From Octopus vulgaris (lineage: Eukaryota), in assembly GCA_951406725.2 (NCBI GenBank), contig OX597833.1:55242001-55306000 (forward strand): 64,000 bases of DNA, written 5' to 3'. The notes below the pieces were generated by a model that had not been told where the DNA came from, did not search any database, and worked only from the letters and a program-made list of their open reading frames with translations. A program made the position numbers and the translations under genes. Shown here piece after piece: positions 63,109 through 64,000 of the stretch (within the stretch, counting starts at the first letter, position 1; each line of letters begins with the position of its first letter).

Positions 63109-64000
63109 GTCAAATATTATTTATCTCTGCAAAAGATAAGACAGTGTAGATATATCCCCGAAACTCTCCACTGGAGTGATTTATGTCACAGTTTGTTTAT
63201 CAGCCAGTTGCAGCTGTCAGAGTTTGATAACATCTATTCTCTGACACTATAAGATAACTTATATCTACTTACTGCTGCTTGGCAGCAGTAGGAGATCCTG
63301 GTGATGATGCTGGTCTCAATGGTGACGGCGGTGGTGATGCTGGTTTTGGTAGTGATGTCAATGATGGAACAGTGAGCAGATACCTGCTCCACCTATATAG
63401 TTATGCCATAGTATTGATTGACACGGCAGTTTAGTGATCCTTTTTTTTTTGTTTTGTTTTGTATATTTTTGGGGTTTTTTTTTTTTAATGGTATGATTAT
63501 GCTTAGCTATCATCTTGGACTGACTGTGTGTACGAATGGTATTCTTAGAGCAACGGAGGGATTGTGGAGGGTATGTTGGTGACATGTTAGCACTTCAAAT
63601 TCTTGGGCTCTTGCTTATTTCTAAAGAATTTCTGTCAGTCAGATATGGCTTTTAGTACTTGCAGACTATTAACTCTTGAGAAACGGAATCTTGTAGTGAT
63701 ACTTGTGTTAGCGTGAAACCAACCCCATGCTTGGAATGTTTATTTTTATTCTTTATCTAATTTTTTTTTGTGTGTGTCTGTCTGTGTGGTGTGGTGTGGA
63801 GGGAAACCTTTTAAGAACAGGAAGATTAAGGAAAGAGAATAATAAAGCTAATTAACGGTGTCATGCAATTACAGACATGTAGAGTAAAAATGTGTGTCAG
63901 AGACAATGTAACATTAGTTTTAAGAAACGCCTTTTCATCATCATCATCATCATCACCATCATCATTGCAACCATCATCATCATCATCGTTATCATCATCA

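Overview
AT-rich, microsatellite-saturated animal genomic DNA. The repeat inventory (several tRNA-headed SINE families, RTE/CR1/R4-Dong LINE tails, Penelope-type pieces, mariner/hAT/piggyBac-type MITEs) looks like an octopod cephalopod genome; this is an inference from repeat style, not a database match. Almost all ORFs in the supplied track are microsatellite or repeat artefacts. Host coding sequence is limited to a + strand FHA-domain gene with very long introns: a clear exon at 29713-29903, a phase-compatible upstream exon at 7157-7234, and a possible ATG-bearing exon at 4276-4340 whose frame is blocked by TGA-TAA. The most notable signal is a set of minimal type I hammerhead-ribozyme motifs from several distinct repeat families. 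One family joins a Pol III tRNA-like head to a hammerhead tail and has inserted twice as a tail-out inverted dimer bounded by 12-13 bp target-site duplications (10737-11217, 25787-26049). A decayed Penelope-like GIY-YIG ORF (61464-62445) in the same window is a candidate partner lineage. All coordinates and alignments were read by eye, so repeat boundaries are approximate.
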